Below, one piece after another: positions 35,954-36,071 of a stretch of 36,071 nt of DNA (the stretch's first letter is position 1; each line of letters opens with the position of its first letter). This stretch comes from Abditibacteriaceae bacterium (GTDB lineage: Bacteria; Armatimonadota; Abditibacteriia; Abditibacteriales; Abditibacteriaceae). The translations under genes and the position numbers were made by a program. The notes beneath the pieces are model-generated. The model worked only from the letters and a program-made list of their open reading frames with translations, did no database searches and had not been told where the DNA came from. The stretch covers positions 1 through 36,071 of the forward strand of contig JANPJS010000104.1 in NCBI GenBank assembly GCA_031425655.1. Direction: 5' to 3'.

Positions 35954-36071
35954 ATAAAGATAGCGTGACTTATAAAGATAGCGTGACTTATAAAGATAGC
36001 GTGACTTATAAAGATAGCGTGACTTATAAAGATAGCGTGACTTATAAAGATAGCGTGACTTATAAAGATAG
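35954..36071. repeat. Perfect 18-bp tandem repeat (ATAAAGATAGCGTGACTT), six full copies plus a partial copy, cut by the window end
   Basis: Read directly; copies are identical and have no spacers. Confidence 0.97.

Noticed and set aside
35954..36071. CRISPR array
   Set aside because: Repeats are head-to-tail with no unique spacers, only 18 bp long, and no cas genes are present.

Overview
GC-rich bacterial chromosomal segment, most consistent with Abditibacteriota/Armatimonadota (inference from protein styles, not verified). No rRNA, tRNA, CRISPR array or intact transposase was seen. From left to right: (1) a minus-strand exbB-exbD-exbD operon ending in a giant (>=1188 aa) TonB-like protein with a Gly/Asn/Ala/Pro repeat region, missed by the ORF track because it runs off the window; (2) an ABC substrate-binding lipoprotein gene and an ABC ATPase gene with no permease, separated by a Septu (PtuA/PtuB)-like ATPase + HNH nuclease pair; (3) an A24 prepilin peptidase, an NDP-sugar pyrophosphorylase fused to a C-terminal TrmB-like winged helix, a single-domain KaiC-like ATPase and a DUF892 ferritin-like protein; (4) clpS-purB-purS-purQ-EVE-purL on the minus strand; (5) a sugar-dehydrogenase-like/Calx-beta surface protein, HAD phosphatase, DcuC-like transporter, TPR protein, internally deleted methyltransferase remnant and a CHASE3-PAS-PAS sensor with no output domain; (6) two large secreted beta-propeller proteins; (7) a MITE/REP-like element and an 18-bp tandem repeat at the window end. 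The strongest unexplained pattern is a set of nine palindromic elements built from 7-10 bp tandem units that sit in gene junctions, plus one unpaired arm directly upstream of the defence cassette. The NTP-transferase-TrmB / KaiC-like module is the best candidate for an undescribed regulatory system.
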